Below, in pieces: positions 38,116-53,075 of a stretch of DNA of 64,000 bases. The stretch's first letter is position 1; every line of letters starts with the position of its first letter. Origin of the DNA: Octopus sinensis. Its lineage: Eukaryota. Location of the stretch: positions 4,588,001 through 4,652,000 of the forward strand of contig NC_042997.1 of the NCBI RefSeq assembly GCF_006345805.1, read 5' to 3'. The notes beneath the pieces are model-generated. The model was not told where the DNA came from and ran no database searches. It worked only from the letters and a program-made list of their open reading frames with translations. A program made the position numbers and the translations under genes.

Positions 38116-40194
38116 GATTGGAATGTGAATGATAAAGGGCTAATAGAAATCATTTGAAAATGAAAGAAGCTTTCGGTAGTATTTCGTATCAAATTTAATT
38201 TTCCGGAATATACCAAATAATGTTTCAGCTATATCTTGCTGATATAAATATCATGATATACATTATGGACACCGACATATTGGTTACCAGGAAATACCTC
38301 AATTGAATTATCTACTATCATGAGAAGTATAAACGTTAAAACAGATTAACTGTTTATAACGATAAAATACTCCTTCGAGAAGTATTTACAATTTCTTCCT
38401 AATATGAAGAACTGAATATTGTGATGCACGAAATTCGGCCAACACTAATCAACAAGTTTGCTTTTTTTAAATTAGGAAATTAATAATATTCATATTTTGA
38501 ACACTAAGAATAAAAACATCCCAATAAATAGATTGAGTAAAATTACATTTAGAATTATACAAAATATATATGAAATATATAAAATTTAAATTACATCATA
38601 AGATATAATTTAAATGGAACACCGTGTGTCTCCAGACAAATAAATTTGAGCACACAGTCATATACACACACACACACATATATATATTCACGTAAAATCG
38701 TGAGGATTTGTCGTCGATAACCTTTGGGGATGAGCATGTCCACGACTCGTTAGGTTTTTTTCTGTTCTTCTTTCCACTGTCATCTTTCGTGGAATTTTTA
38801 TACTTTCGCACACACTCACAATCACACGCACACACACAAACGCAAACGCGAGCACGCACGTAACACACCTACATACACACAAACACACACACATAAAGAC
38901 ACGCATACACACACACATATATACTGTGAGAAATATCACAGTTAAATAGTTATGTAACATAACTTACAGTATTAAAATCTATATTGCTGAGTAAAACTTT
39001 GTTTTCATTTAAATGAAAAAAGTTGGTTAATATTTGCTTGAACTTTCTGCAATTTCAAGTTACATATTCCAATAAATTATATCCTATTGTTAAATCTTTG
39101 ATTTGAATTTAAATATAGCAGTTTCTAGAAAGTTATATAATTGAAAACGAGACGTCAAACAAACGCTAAACATAAACGAATTTAGAGGGATTCTGACGAA
39201 TATTCATTGGTTTGGATGAAAATATAAAACGATCATAAATTTTCAATAATTATATCCATAACTACAATTGTTCATTTTTTAAAGAGTACTAAGTAAATTC
39301 TTCAAATAATAAAATTTTATATTACTTAATTTCTGTTCAGTTATTGTGATGCGAAAACTCAATTTTGATTAAAATATCTTGCGAGTAAGGTGATATTGTA
39401 ATGCAGGGATAATTTTAAATGGTTAATTGGTCATAAGGTGAGCGTAATGAACAAAAGGAAGGATGAAATTTATGGGTCCAATAAAATGGAGTGAACATAT
39501 AATTAGTGGAATTTAGAAATTTAATCATATTGGCAATTTAAATATTATTGGAATTCATACTTTATCACGTTTTCATGAGGAAATTTGTGTGATTATAAAT
39601 GTTTAGGTGAGTATACATGCGTGTATGCATGTGTGTATGGGAGTGCGAGTAGACACCATCCAATTTAATTCTATAGCCTTGTCCATCTATTCCTTAACAT
39701 TGATTAATCTATGGACATATATTCATGAATATAATCACATCTTGATCTGATGACTCCTTCTAAAATAAACCTTGCATTGAATCTCACGATCACAATTATT
39801 GCTCCATTTCTTATCCTCTCGAAAAACAAAATTAAGCAACTTCTCCGTTAAGTTATTTCTAACGCTTTCTAACCAATAGTAACTCTCGGCAAGAAAATCC
39901 TCCGAAAAGGATATATCTGTTTCCGTTTCCATGACAATGAAATCATTGTCACTGTATACTATCTTAATTCGGTCTTGTACTCATTTTATAATAATGCTGA
40001 TTGATAAATATAATTATATTTTGAAAATATTAACACTTAATCAAAATTAGGTTTATCGCCAAACTAAAGCTCCCCACAAATCTGTAACTCTGTAGAAAAC
40101 CTTGATCGCATTGTCGTTTCAAATTAGAGCGTATATGAAACCATTACGTCCTCTGGTGGGACTGAGTTGGGGGACCACAATTTTGCTATCGAAA

Positions 40195-40570
40195 CTCTGA
40201 ACACTAACGATTTGGCTTCCCAACAACAGGATTCCGGGTAAAGTCATTCTGTGTTCCACTTTAGACAAGTGACTTCTACTATAGCTCGGGCTGACCAAAG
40301 CTTTGTGAGTGGATTTGGTAGATGGAAACTGAAAGAAACTCTATGCGTGTGTGTGTGTCTTTGTATTTGTGTTTCACCCCCAACCACCGCATGAATATCA
40401 GTGCTGGTGTGTTTATATCTCCGTAACTAGCGGTTCGGCAAAAAAGAATGATGAAATAAGTATCAGGCTATAAGAATAAATAATGGGATCGGTAATTCCA
40501 CTAAAATCTCTTCACGATGGTTCCCAAGCATGCACACAGTCTAATCCCTCAAACAAGTAAAACGTAAAAC
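40195..40570 (+). mobile_element. Diverged family-A SINE
   Basis: caagtgacttctactatagc..gaccaaagc.ttgtgagtggatttggtagatggaaactgaaagaa..agcggttcggcaaaa. Confidence 0.75.
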
Positions 40571-41620
40571 ATAAAAGATACCTTATATCATTTGAAGTCA
40601 GCTGGCTACTCGAAGGATACACTTCTAACCGTTCACAAGTCCTCAGCACAAAATTACATTATTTTACATAGTTTCTCGTTAACAAGGATATAAAGCATTA
40701 TAGCATGTAACGCCAAGTTCCTTGTAATTTTAATACACAGCTGGAAATTAGATTTGCCAAATTAGAAAAAAAAATCTACGCACACATAAAACTACTTTAT
40801 TTGCCGAAGACCGAGAAAGTCCCTCATTTGCAAATTAGAAGAGAGTTTAGTAGATAACAGCTTGACATCACGAACTACTGAATGATCAACAACAGACGTA
40901 TTTTCCGTGTGTCTCCCAAATTCGATCTAGAATAAATTTCTATTATAGGATGATTCTCGTTGCTCTCTTTCGCTCTCACTGTCTCTGCCTCTATCATTAT
41001 TTCTGTAGGTACATACATTCATGCCTACATGCAAACACATACATTAAAAACACACTCACACACATATATGTATGCATGCGTATATCTGGTTTAGTATGTA
41101 TTTGCATGCATATTACATATATATACATATACACATTTCAAAGAGGAAAATGATCCCATCACATATAAATGGAATTTGGAAAATTCTTTCGAAGAATAGC
41201 AGAATAAACAAACCGAGATCTGGATAGAACTCACTCAACAAGAACTCCCTAGGTGAATGGACCATGATGCCACAAATCTTGACTTAAACAAGATTTAGCA
41301 AATCTTATCAGGTGGTGCTATTAACTCAGGCATGAACTGGGGCATTCTTTTGTCAAAGCATATCAATGTTCTGAGAGAGTTTGGTAGACGGAAACTAAAA
41401 GAAGCCCGTCGTATATATATATTTAATCTAAGGTGTACCTGCTGTAGAAATCTTCGCGTAGCAAACTATTTTATTGGTCCAGAAGTTAGGTGGTAAATGT
41501 TATATTCCTTTCGAAATTTTATCCCTAATATTGGTTTGGAATTTAACTGTCCATTCTAGCGTGCAAGAATCCTATGATGGATGCCTCTTGTGTGTTTAAA
41601 TGTACATACATACAAACATG

Positions 41621-41762
<142 letters not shown>

Positions 41763-41879
41763 GGTAGGAATTGCCTTGGATGTACTACTGTGCTATGTTT
41801 AAGAATACACTGTTTATATAACGAAAATTTACTTCACGCCGCAAAGAAAACTGCTGCAGGTTTTCGCGAATCATAATCC

Positions 41880-42065
41880 TCCCAACAAATTTTGTGCGAG
41901 GAAAAGCAAATGGAAACAATTGCAGCAAACTTTGGGTTTTGCTTCCTCAAAAAAAATCAAAATCAGTTACGACTGAATGCGTGTAGTGAACTGAAATAGT
42001 AGCTGGAAATAGATCCAGACTTCGTTTCGAAGGTCGTCACTGATGACGAAATCTGGTGCTACGAA
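41880..42065 (+). mobile_element. mariner transposase remnant
   Basis: NQLRLNACSELK**LEIDPDFVSKVVTDDEIWCY resembles the FL..I.TGDE.W motif. Confidence 0.7.
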
Positions 42066-42454
42066 ATTTGCAGATGTGGAAGAGGTGAAGAATGAAACGA
42101 TTGAGGTTTAAATGCATCACATTGCAAGAGTTTCAGAACTGCATCAAGCAGTGGAAAACACATCTGGACCGATGCATTGCTTGAAATGGAGACTATTGAA
42201 TGAACGAAGATATTTTTTTCCATTTCCTTTCCTTTCCTCCTATTTTTCTTTCTATTTTTCCTTCAATTTATCTTTGGCATATAATCGTTCTGACGAGATT
42301 TATCCATGGTAATGAGGTAAATGCAGATTTACCCAATTTTGATAAATACAAACAGCTGTTAACCTACTCTCATCTTAAATATATAATGACTTTAAAGCAC
42401 CAATGATCCACTTCTCATTATTATTTCTCCATTTCCTATCGTCTCTCTATATAT

Positions 42455-42690
42455 TAAACCACGGAATCACACCCACTGAGGTAATACACCAGAACTGTAT
42501 GCGCGTATATATATATATATATATTTATATATGACGAAAGTTTTTTTCAGTGTCCGTGTATCAAATCCACTCACAAAGCATTGGTCTGCCTGGTGCTTTA
42601 GTAGAAGACACTCGCTAAAGGTGCCATGCAGTGAGACTGAACCCATACAATGTGGTTGGGACACAAGTTTTGTATCACACAGTTACGCCT
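42455..42690 (-). mobile_element. Family-A SINE 5' half
   Basis: Reverse complement of the diagnostic blocks (tttcagt.tccgt.ta.caaatccactcacaa.gc.ttggtc..agtagaagacact.gc). Confidence 0.75.
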
Positions 42691-45600
42691 GCGCCTACAT
42701 GGATGAACGAAATATTTTATTTTGGGCTCTTCCTCACTAAAGGCCGCAAAAGACTACATCCTTTGTACGCGTCTCAGATTCTTTCTAAAAACACCGGATC
42801 GAACGTCAAGGAGGAACACAAAATACCGAAAAAGATAAATGCTTGGCACGCTAGACTTACGATGATTACATTAGTTCTTTTATTCATTGTTATGCGCGTC
42901 GTAAATGTCTACCCAATCTTTTTGTACATCTCTATCTGGAACGAATGAATGGCAAGCGCGAGACGACATTTGTGCATAGAGACGAAGGTGACTGTAGAAG
43001 GTGTTTGAAGAAAATGCTTGCGCGAATACGTCTGTAAGAGTGAGAAGGTCGGGGGAAAGAAATTACTTGATAATCAGAGGACATATGATATTAGCAGGAC
43101 CATCATTTACTATACGGTAGAAACTTACAAATTCACTAATTTCTGCTTTCATTCATACCAAGAAGAAGCAATTATTTTCAGTTTTTAGATTTATGGTAGT
43201 TCTTTAGATAGGTAGTAATACTCTGTACAAACATCTCCCTCATTAAATATAGTTTGCACCTTTGATTGTCGTGAATTAATTACTGTATTAGTCCGATGAT
43301 CTTCGATTAATTTAATATTGTGTAGCCAACTAAACCGTCAATGAATTAAATAGAAATATAAAAGGGAAATCATTACGGTTTGCATGTCACCTGTTGCTCC
43401 GTCACTAATAAGCTTTTATTCGATGCAGTCCGCCCGTGTTGCTGTTGGCGTCAATTATAAATTGCTGCAGAATCAAACTTTGTCGTTGTTGCACAGCCTT
43501 AGGCATCTCTTTCGCATTTGTTGTAAATTAAAATTTGCTAGAAAACATAAAGAATGTTAAAGATGTTGGTCCATTTTACGGAAGCAGTTGTATAGAGGAT
43601 GGTGACACGATTCATTTTAGTGGATAGTAGATTTATAATAAAAAGAAATAACTTTTAAACATTCAACAAAATAAAGCTTTCAGGATGCTATTTAGAATAT
43701 GATGGGAGAGGTTTATATTTTTTCTCTTGCTGCAGTTATTCGCTAAATTTCTTTAACTGTTATTCTATTTTAGAGAGGGTAGTTGAAAATACATATTTGG
43801 CTATAATTATTCCTCTAAGCCAGTAATTACCTTAGAAAAGATGTGCTGAATAGTATATATCAAGTTGGTGATACTAATTTATTTAATGATAACCAATTTG
43901 GTTTTCAAAAAAATTGCGATAGTGTTTCATTTAGTTTTTGATGTTTAACAACAAGATTCATATGCTAATGTATTTAAGAGATTGGAAAGGATTTTTATTT
44001 TTTCTTTGATGCACAGATATTTTGGAAAGGTAAGAACCCAATTTAGAAAGTGGAACACTTCTAATTGACAAAGGGAAGATCTTGGTATTCACTTACTCAT
44101 CGCCATTATATGTTACTCGTACGTATATTTACAAAATAAAATAATGCTCTAAAATGTATCGTACAAAAACTTTCTTTTGAAATACATTTTTGTTTCTATT
44201 GTTCTTGCAAAACTTCGAAACAATGATTTCTACTAACGTTTTATTATATTCGTCTATTTTAGCATTGGCGATTGTACATTGTATCAATCAATCTATTTCT
44301 TTTCCATTTGATAGGTTAGTCATTTTTTATATAAGTAGTACTTTCCTTTTTCTTTGTATAGTATTGCTTCCTATATTTCTTTGTAACTGTCTAAGACTAA
44401 TCTCTTAATGTGTCCATTAACATTGAAGAGGATCATGTGAAGTATTTTCTTTTCATTTTCCAGCAAAATGTTGATCTTTACTTGGAAAGAAATTGTATAT
44501 CATACAATCAAGATGTATTTCGAAATTGAACAGCTTATCACCAAAGCACATTTTTTTGAAGAAACTATTTTTTCTTTGGTAATATCAATTCCCGCATGCT
44601 GTCAAGGATCAGTGCACGAATAGCGTATGTATTTGTACTTAGATAAAATAAGGAACATAAGTCTATGGTTTAATATATAAATTCAACAGAATATTAAAAA
44701 AAGAATGAAGAAAATGTTTATGTGCTTTCAGTTCATGTGATTGATTTGATAGTACATAACTTATTGTTTTTAAGAAATTGATATAAAAAATTGATATAAA
44801 ATAATAGGAAGTATGAGAGTAACATACAGATTTATGGAGCACAAACACGTTTTATGAAACCTCATGCTTTGAGATTATTTTGCAGGTCTAGAAATTTTTT
44901 CATGAGTGTAGACGAGATGACCATAATGAAAAACCTCATTAGTTCGAGGGACATGTGGGCGCATTTTATAACTATAGAGTATTAAAAAAAGTATATTAAC
45001 GGAAACTATTCATGCAGTTAGAAAAAAAGAGTCTTTCAATGTGGGCTCTGAGAAACTAAAGGAACGTTAGTAGAGTAAAAACAAATTACATTAAGTTATT
45101 GAATATATAGAAAATGTCGTCTGTGATCTGATCTGCTTTTTAAGCATATTCATGAGAGTAAAAGAAATGTTCTTGTATTATTCGTCCTCTTCAGAATGAA
45201 AGCAGATAATTCGAACTTTCTATTATGAAGCAGTATAATTGAAAGAAAATTACTTCATTGGTTCAGAATAAGAATCCCATCGCGAAGACTGAATGTCAAA
45301 GACATGTCCATGGGAGGTGAACATCAGTGTTGCACAGTGCATAATAAGAAGCATAGTAGGACTGAAATAGAGAATATAATGTCAGAAATTGAAATATATT
45401 TTTACCTGCATTGCTTCTTAACTCTAAATAGTGGGAAGTGATGCATAATCTTTGGTTACTGCAGTAGATACTCGTACAAAGCATGGTTCGTGTGCTTTGG
45501 ACAGCAACGTGTCTATTTCCCTCAACAGCAAAAATACAAAAGTTTAATGTTTGACTCGGAGCAATGGTTATTGATGTTTTGTATAACAGCTATTCCGTTA

Positions 45601-47153
45601 GATATATTACCTGTTTAACGGATTATTTACTCTTATTCGTAAAAATAATTTTACGATTTGTATTATACATGAAATTTGAGATAATGATATTCGAATTTAT
45701 CAACGAGTTTGTTTGGTCCATTTGTTTAAGTGCTCAATATATACATAGGAGACGATATTGTTGTGTATCATATAATGCCTATGTTTAGGATGATAATTGT
45801 AGATAAAATTAGTGGCCCACTGTAACCTGGTCTTTACACATTGTTGCCTTAGCTTCAGCCATGTTGTCAGTGTCACTTATGCAAAGACAAGTTTCTTAAC
45901 TGCTTTTGTGATATATACGAGATTACTCTACTTGTTACACTATCGACAACGAAAACATTTTGATGATCATCTCATGTAAAATTCCTGTATGATCAAGCTT
46001 ATTTTCTGTGTAGCTTGCATTTTGTCTTCTTACTTTAGATTCTATATATGCAATTTTCTCTCTGTGTTTTATTCCTTAGGGCTATGCAAACCGTTGCAAA
46101 CTGTAGGCTAAATTGATATTCAAGAATAAGTATGTATACGTTCTTGTCACACAATGTTGTCAAATATTTTTTTCTCTATTTAAAACTAAATAATGTTACA
46201 GTCTATTCAAGGAGCGGTGCTGTGCAGAGCTCATAATATTAGTGTCATCATTAAATATACAATGTTTTTTGTCAAAGAACTCCAACTTTGAGTTGGCTCG
46301 AATTAAGTTGAATGGGTACAGACTCCTGTGAGCTTATTTTATATTATGATTTTCATGAAAATGCTAGTTTAACAGTACACACAAGGCATGTAAAAGTATT
46401 TCCTCAATATGTTTGATAGTTTACAGAAGGCATTCTAATAAATTAGACAGGGTTCATTTCATGACAATGTAACTGACATTAGCCGTCAAATATTTTATCA
46501 GATATATTTTTTTATGAATGTCGGGCATTTTCCAAGGAATATTTACCAAATTGTATCACAATATTTTTTGTATATCATTCAAAGAAATTATTTCATGTAT
46601 TTTTTAACTTAGAACTTTTAGAATAATGTCAATATATTTTAGGGCCAGGCGCATGCTATCGTGGAGATGCAACTATTCCCGCAAATTTAAAAGCGGAGGC
46701 GTCAAAGGTTGACTCACTGACTATAATTTTATAATTTTACAATTTTAAAAACATGCGGCGGTATATGTGTTGATGTTTGTATGTGTGTGCGTATGAGTTC
46801 TCTTTTATATGTTTCCCTATATATGTGTGAAATAGTGTAAAATTACAGTTTTCGATCTACGTTCTGAATATCTTTAAAATTAAAATTCGGTTCCAAAATT
46901 TTAATATTTATTTTTTTGTTCAGAAGTAAAATATTTCCTTGACTTTACGTCACTAGCCGTTAAGATCTTTCCTTTTCATTTCAGAAACTCACAAATGCTT
47001 TCCCTCAATGTTCAAATAAGATATATATGTGCTACTTCAGAAAATGCGGGCCATTTACAAATCACTGGTTGGAAGCCGGTTCCATATATAATATATGTGC
47101 ATCAGCGTACAAACACACACATCTAAGAATATATATATATATATAATATATAT

Positions 47154-47231
<78 letters not shown>

Positions 47232-49036
47232 GTATATACATATACACATACACACACTTACACACATACATACATACATACATACACACATACAAGCATA
47301 CATGCATTTACATGAACATATATAAGCATTCATACATAAATCGCAGCTGTTTTCAAATTCCGAAATTCTTAAAATAAACGAAATAATAGATCGAACGAAT
47401 TAAAGATCTATGCCAGGTCACCTTCTCTCCCTGAAATTGTATACTTCTGTTCCCCTACTGCTAAATATATAGTAATAACCTTACAATATAAGACCTTCAG
47501 TATTAAGTTAAATTGACTAGAGTTAGATAGCCTAACGTAAATTAATACTGTTAATAAGCATAACATCATATCTAAGCTACCTTTGCCTCCCCTGACTCAT
47601 GACGACACATGATTGTAATTTCATATAATTTATATTTTATATAATTAAATTTAATAACTGTTCTCAATTTGCTTCTAGCCTTAGATGATTCAATTAATAT
47701 TTGTGTCATCTTCCTTGTCTCACGGACTTTATAATGATTTATATTTCGCTATAATCCTGTAAATTATGTTGACTATTAACATTTATAGCCTTTATTATTC
47801 TCTATAATTCTTATAAATTCTTCAACATTTTCTTATTACCCGCTATAATTTTAAAATCATTATTGGCGTTATCGAACTGCCTGCTGAATTCATATGACTG
47901 ATTGGCTTGCTATATTTTCAGTAATATTGGAACACTTAGGTAATAGAAACGTCAGGATTCAAGGATTCTTCGGCATTTTATCGAGAGTATCAGTTCTATT
48001 TCTCTTTCTGTACTCTTTCAAACCTAACTTAATAGAAAATGAAAATGACTGTGCTCTATAAATTTCGATATTTAACTAATAGAAAGGCGTAAATTTTTAT
48101 CCTTATGTCGACACTGATTATTGCTTTAACTACATTTATTAGTACAGTATGGTCGTTTATTTATTTGTACCAATAAAGTCATCCTGTCAATATGTCGATC
48201 ACTTTCTCGATTTGATTTATCCTATTTTGTTTCTATTTAACTATGTATAAGTCATGATTGCTGTCAAGTGATACCGTTTTTCTCTACATATCCATTATTC
48301 ATTTTCCTGTCAGTTCCTCTATTTTGTCTCTTCTCTAAAATTTTACAGAGAATGTGGCCAAACTACAATATTTCCCAAGTTATTTCGGCCTGAATTCTAC
48401 ATGGCTGAACGCCCATTATTTAAAGTTATAGTGAATCAGTTTTCCAATAATTAATCGGAAAACATTAATTCAAAATAATTAAGTAAATAAATAAATAACA
48501 CTACAATTTATTAACAATGTCATTACCAATGTGATGAACAATAAAACTCAGAAAATAAATTTTTTAGAGTAACACCAGCAGCAGTCTTAGAACTTGTTTC
48601 GATAGAATCCGAATGTCATCGTGGACGCCTGCGATCAGCTACTATAAAACCGTGTTTTGTATGTATTTGCAGTTATGAACGGGGTTTTAAAGTTTAATGA
48701 TGAACACTTAAATATAATTTAGTATTTATGGAGGGTCAAATTTGCGAACAAAAACCTCAGAGTGGAGACATGCAAGGACACCAAAATATGGAGGGTTGTT
48801 AGACCAGAACGAGAGGAAAATTGTAAACGTTGCGAGAAACATTTATTTTAAAGAGAAAATACAGAAGAGAGAGAAAAAACACGTCAGTTCTTTTGAAAAA
48901 ACGGTCACTTGAGGAAAGCAAAGATGGCCGATGGTCACGTGTAAGCAATGAGAGAGAGAGATAGGGGAGAGAGAGGCAGAAAAAAATTGAAGGATTGTAG
49001 TTAGGGGAGAAAAAAGGATTTAGAGAAGGATGGAGA

Positions 49037-49079
<43 letters not shown>

Positions 49080-49149
49080 GGACGTCACAACGTGATCGAG
49101 TAGGATATCAGATATAATTACCCATTTGCAGCGGAGTGGGCTGGAGCTA

Positions 49150-50300
49150 TTTGAACGTGTTCTCAAGAAAACAACTCCCCACCCGGCCCGGCCATCGAAT
49201 CCAGGGTCTAACAAATGTAACCAGTATGCCACCTATCAATACAGGATGTTTAAATATGAGGTACCAATAGCTTCATTCCAAGGAACTGAAGTATTGAAGT
49301 TGATTTCCTTACACGAGAAAAGATGTGTTACAAATATTTGATAATCCATCCACCTAAATATGACACTGAAAGAAATAATATGCTGCATACCTTTCCCTTT
49401 GTATATTCTGACAAACCTAAACAAAGATATTCCTGGTGTTATTAGATAAACTTCTCCTAGACATCATTGGTATAATAAAAATTTTAAGAGAGGTTCCTTA
49501 AAAATATCATACAGCTGTTTCCCAATAAGACGCAGTAAATGAGTGCATACTAAATAATATAAATGCCGAGACGTTTTCTACTCAAGCCGGCATGCTTGAT
49601 AATCTCAGTTATTTATGAAGCTGAAGTCATAACTGTTCTAAAAAATGTATACACCATGCAAATAGATGTGCGTAAATACACAGACATCCACCCACACATA
49701 TTCACAAATCCACAAGTGTTAATGATAGAAACAGTGTGTATACAAAACGGTAATGTTTATATCCAAATTTCACGTATTTTTGCTCGGAAGCCGAAAGCTG
49801 CAGTAAACCCCACATATGGGTGCATGAAACATAAACAAACACTCATTTATATCTTTGGCGATCGGTAATCGTCTGCTGCCGTGGCCGATGTCCACTATAC
49901 GCATACCAGCCATATTTCATAGCAAAGACAATATCCACCTTCACTTATAGTTGATGGAATTAAGTGTGCAAAGAAATTAGACATAGAAAAACACTAAGGA
50001 CAGCAAAACATAACACTACACCTCATCTCAAAACACTACTGTATATGTCATCTCACAACCCTAGAAACAATGAGGCATACAACACTATTGTGCACAATCT
50101 TCCTTTACTAAATAGAGACCCATAAATGCACAGCATACTGAAAGCAAATAAATTCATCAAATGTAAAAAAGAAACACAAATCGCTAAAGAGACATTTAAA
50201 CAATGGGAAATTTTGCACAACAACCACGAAACCAACAATTAAAATTTGCGAGCGCCGAAATTCTGTAATAACCTTCAAGAGTTGTGGACATCGCTATCTA
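49150..50300 (+). mobile_element. Second, highly decayed Naiad-type PLE remnant
   Basis: LDK..PRHHWYNKNFKRGSLKISYSCFP (~49440-49525) resembles HKIFNRNTVKISYSCMPN. Also CPL (~49890) and SFT..TESK*I..WEIL (~50100-50220). Confidence 0.55.
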
Positions 50301-50668
50301 GGACGGACGACTATGAAATTGAGACGGAGAACCACTATACATAAAGAACAGATCCGATTCCCGTAATAGACAAATTCATTTAAGTGACCACATAGAGAGA
50401 TGAGCAGGTAACATCAAAGCAAATTTCAATTTTCCCGTTCTACCAGTGCAACGATGAAATTTCTATACAAGGACGTTTAAATAAAGAAAAGTTATTCATC
50501 GAAAGATACAGAACATATCTAAATATTCACGCATAACCAACATTGTGGTCTGTATATATTTTAATTTACGAATACATACCCATCACTGTACAAATTTCTC
50601 CGTACTACTCTAGTTTAAAAATGATTTTTGCGTATATATATATTATATATATACACACCCCAAATCAT

Positions 50669-50716
<48 letters not shown>

Positions 50717-50744
50717 CTACACACACATATCTCTGTATAATGTG

Positions 50745-51060
50745 CAACAGTGGCTGCGTGGCACTTTGGGCAAACGTCACATACCATAGTCTAGGGTCGA
50801 CTAGAGCCTTGTGAGTGGATTTGGTGTATGCATGTATTTATGTATTTGTGTGGCTGTTTATGGCCCCCAACCATCGCTTGACAACCGATATCAGTGTGTT
50901 TGCGCCACCGTAGCTTAGCGGTTGGGTGCAACATATCGACAGAATATGTACTAGGCTTCCAACAAATAAGGTCTCGAGCCGATTTGTCTGACGAAGTGCG
51001 GTGCTCCAGCATGTTTGCAGTCAGATAACTGAAACAAGTCAAACAATAAATGAATAAATA
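50745..51060 (+). mobile_element. Diverged family-A SINE
   Basis: ccttgtgagtggatttggt..ttgacaaccgat..ttagcggtt..gtgctccagcatg..actgaaacaag. Confidence 0.7.
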
Positions 51061-51304
51061 AAATAATAGTATATGTGTAGGTAAATAATAGATATATGGC
51101 TGCACACTGCTAAAGACTGACCCCATTTTTGCTTGAGTGTTATTGAAAGTTGGTTCTCCGTGAATGAATGAAATAGTTGATTAAACAGAATGGTGAATTT
51201 GTTCTATTAATCTAAACCTGACATCCATATACGTATATGTGGTGCCCCAGAATATATGTATGTATAAACCCCTCTAACATATATATATATATATTATATG
51301 TATA

Positions 51305-51336
<32 letters not shown>

Positions 51337-51361
51337 CGTATATATATATATATATATATTT

Positions 51362-52240
51362 ATTATATGGAAGGAGCTTCTACAGGACTAGAACTGTTTC
51401 ATTCAAGAGAAATCTTCAGGAAGCTAGTTAACAAGAATTGTATTGGCATTTATACATTTAGGCAGGTTTAACGGGGTGTTGGTGGGGGACTTTTTTGGGG
51501 GTAGGCATAGCGCAAAATATCATTATGTATATATATATACATGTATGTATATGTATGTATGTGTGTGTATATGTGTGTATGTGTATATATGTGTATATAG
51601 GGACTAGTGTGATGTGTGTGCATGTGTGTGTGTGGATATGTGTGTGTATGCGTGTATGTGAGTATGTGTGTGTATGTGTATATATATTTTTCTGTGCGTA
51701 TATGTATGTGAGGTCGTGTGTGTATATATACATGTGTGTATACGTGTATGCATGTGAGTGTGTGTATGTATACATATATGTGTATGTGTAGATATGTATA
51801 TGTATGTGTATGTGTAAGTGTATATATATGTGTGTGTATGTATGTGTGTATGTATATGTATATATGTTTGTATGTGTGTGTATGTATGTATACATGTGTG
51901 CATAGGTATAAGTGAGAATCTCCTTATTTACCTAAAACTCTATTCCCCCTTTTTTTTATATATATGTTTTTTTATTTTTTATTTTATAGTTTTTTATTTT
52001 TTTATTTTTTTTATTATTTTTTTATTTTTTTTATTTTTTATTTATTCTTCTATCTAATTTAACACTGACTCCTTGACCACTCCCCCAAGTATGATATTTT
52101 GCGCTATGCCTACCCACAAAAAAGTCCCCCACCAACCTGCCTAAATGTATAAATGCCAATACAATTATTGTTAACTAGCTTCCTGAAGATTTCTCTTGAA
52201 TGAAACAGTTCTAGTCCTGTAGAAGCTCCTTCTATATAAT
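51362..52240. repeat. Inverted repeat (arms 51362-51523 and 52091-52240) around a microsatellite-rich spacer
   Basis: The arms are near-perfect reverse complements apart from a ~12-nt indel. The right arm contains CTGAAGA-tttctcttgaat-GAAAC-a-GTT. Confidence 0.85.
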
Positions 52241-52309
52241 AAATTAATTTTACTCTGCTATGTATTGAGTACCTTATTTACTGTGGTTAACCCCGAATCA
52301 ACCCGGGAC

Positions 52310-52350
<41 letters not shown>

Positions 52351-52415
52351 ATATAAAAATATATATGTATATATACATATATATATTATATGTATATGTG
52401 TATGTATATGTATAT

Positions 52416-52447
<32 letters not shown>

Positions 52448-52479
52448 ATTGAAATCTTACTGTAGCAAGAATATTCATA

Positions 52480-52700
52480 GAAAAATCCTTAGTTACCAGC
52501 GGTTTAGTGAGAAATATAACAATAGTCAAAAGACTATATATTATTCAGAGAAGAATACAGTGTACGTTCAAACACAAAAGAGATACCCGAAGAATAGGAT
52601 ATCTGACTCACTAGAAAGAGCAGTGAAAACTCCGAGCCACCAATTTTTGTAATTCCAAAAGTGATTGAAAATCGATTACCTTTAGCTCCATGTCTATGTG
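52480..52700 (+). mobile_element. Possible PLE thumb-domain remnant
   Basis: QKRYPKNRISDSLERAVKTPSHQFL resembles RGYP..LI...I.RA..IPR..LL. Confidence 0.35.
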
Positions 52701-52832
52701 TTCAGTGCTGGCAACCTACTGAGGACGCAGCGTCAGATATAGAATGAAATTATCGGTATTTAAGTCTGCAGAAACTTTGCAGGGTCTAGGATTAAGGTAA
52801 ACGTTTTCATTTTATATATATATTATTTATAA

Positions 52833-52952
52833 TTAGGGTTCAGAAAAGATTTGCTTCACCACATACTGAAGTTTAGAAATCTTTGCTGAACTCTAATTAT
52901 AAAGTATTACTTAAGCTTACCATGAAATGGTCTTCTTCATGCCGAATTCTAC
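52833..52952. repeat. ~120-bp direct repeat, left copy
   Basis: About 95% identical to 54197-54317; contains the hairpin ttcag.aaagattt..aaatctttgctgaa. Confidence 0.9.
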
Positions 52953-53012
52953 TTGGTGAAAGTACTGATTACTTCTTAATTAATTAATTTTACCCTTTGT
53001 TATTATATATAT

Positions 53013-53072
<60 letters not shown>

Positions 53073-53075
<3 letters not shown>

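Noticed and set aside
37860-38470. Possible PLE endonuclease remnants beside the 37.7-kb HHR
   Set aside because: Weak resemblances on both strands are mutually inconsistent.
39190-39225. CTGACGA...GAAA motif
   Set aside because: Only a weak stem II, and no stem I or NUH-compatible stem III.
42040-42053. CTGATGA-C-GAAA motif
   Set aside because: No stem II; it encodes the TDDEI motif of a mariner remnant.
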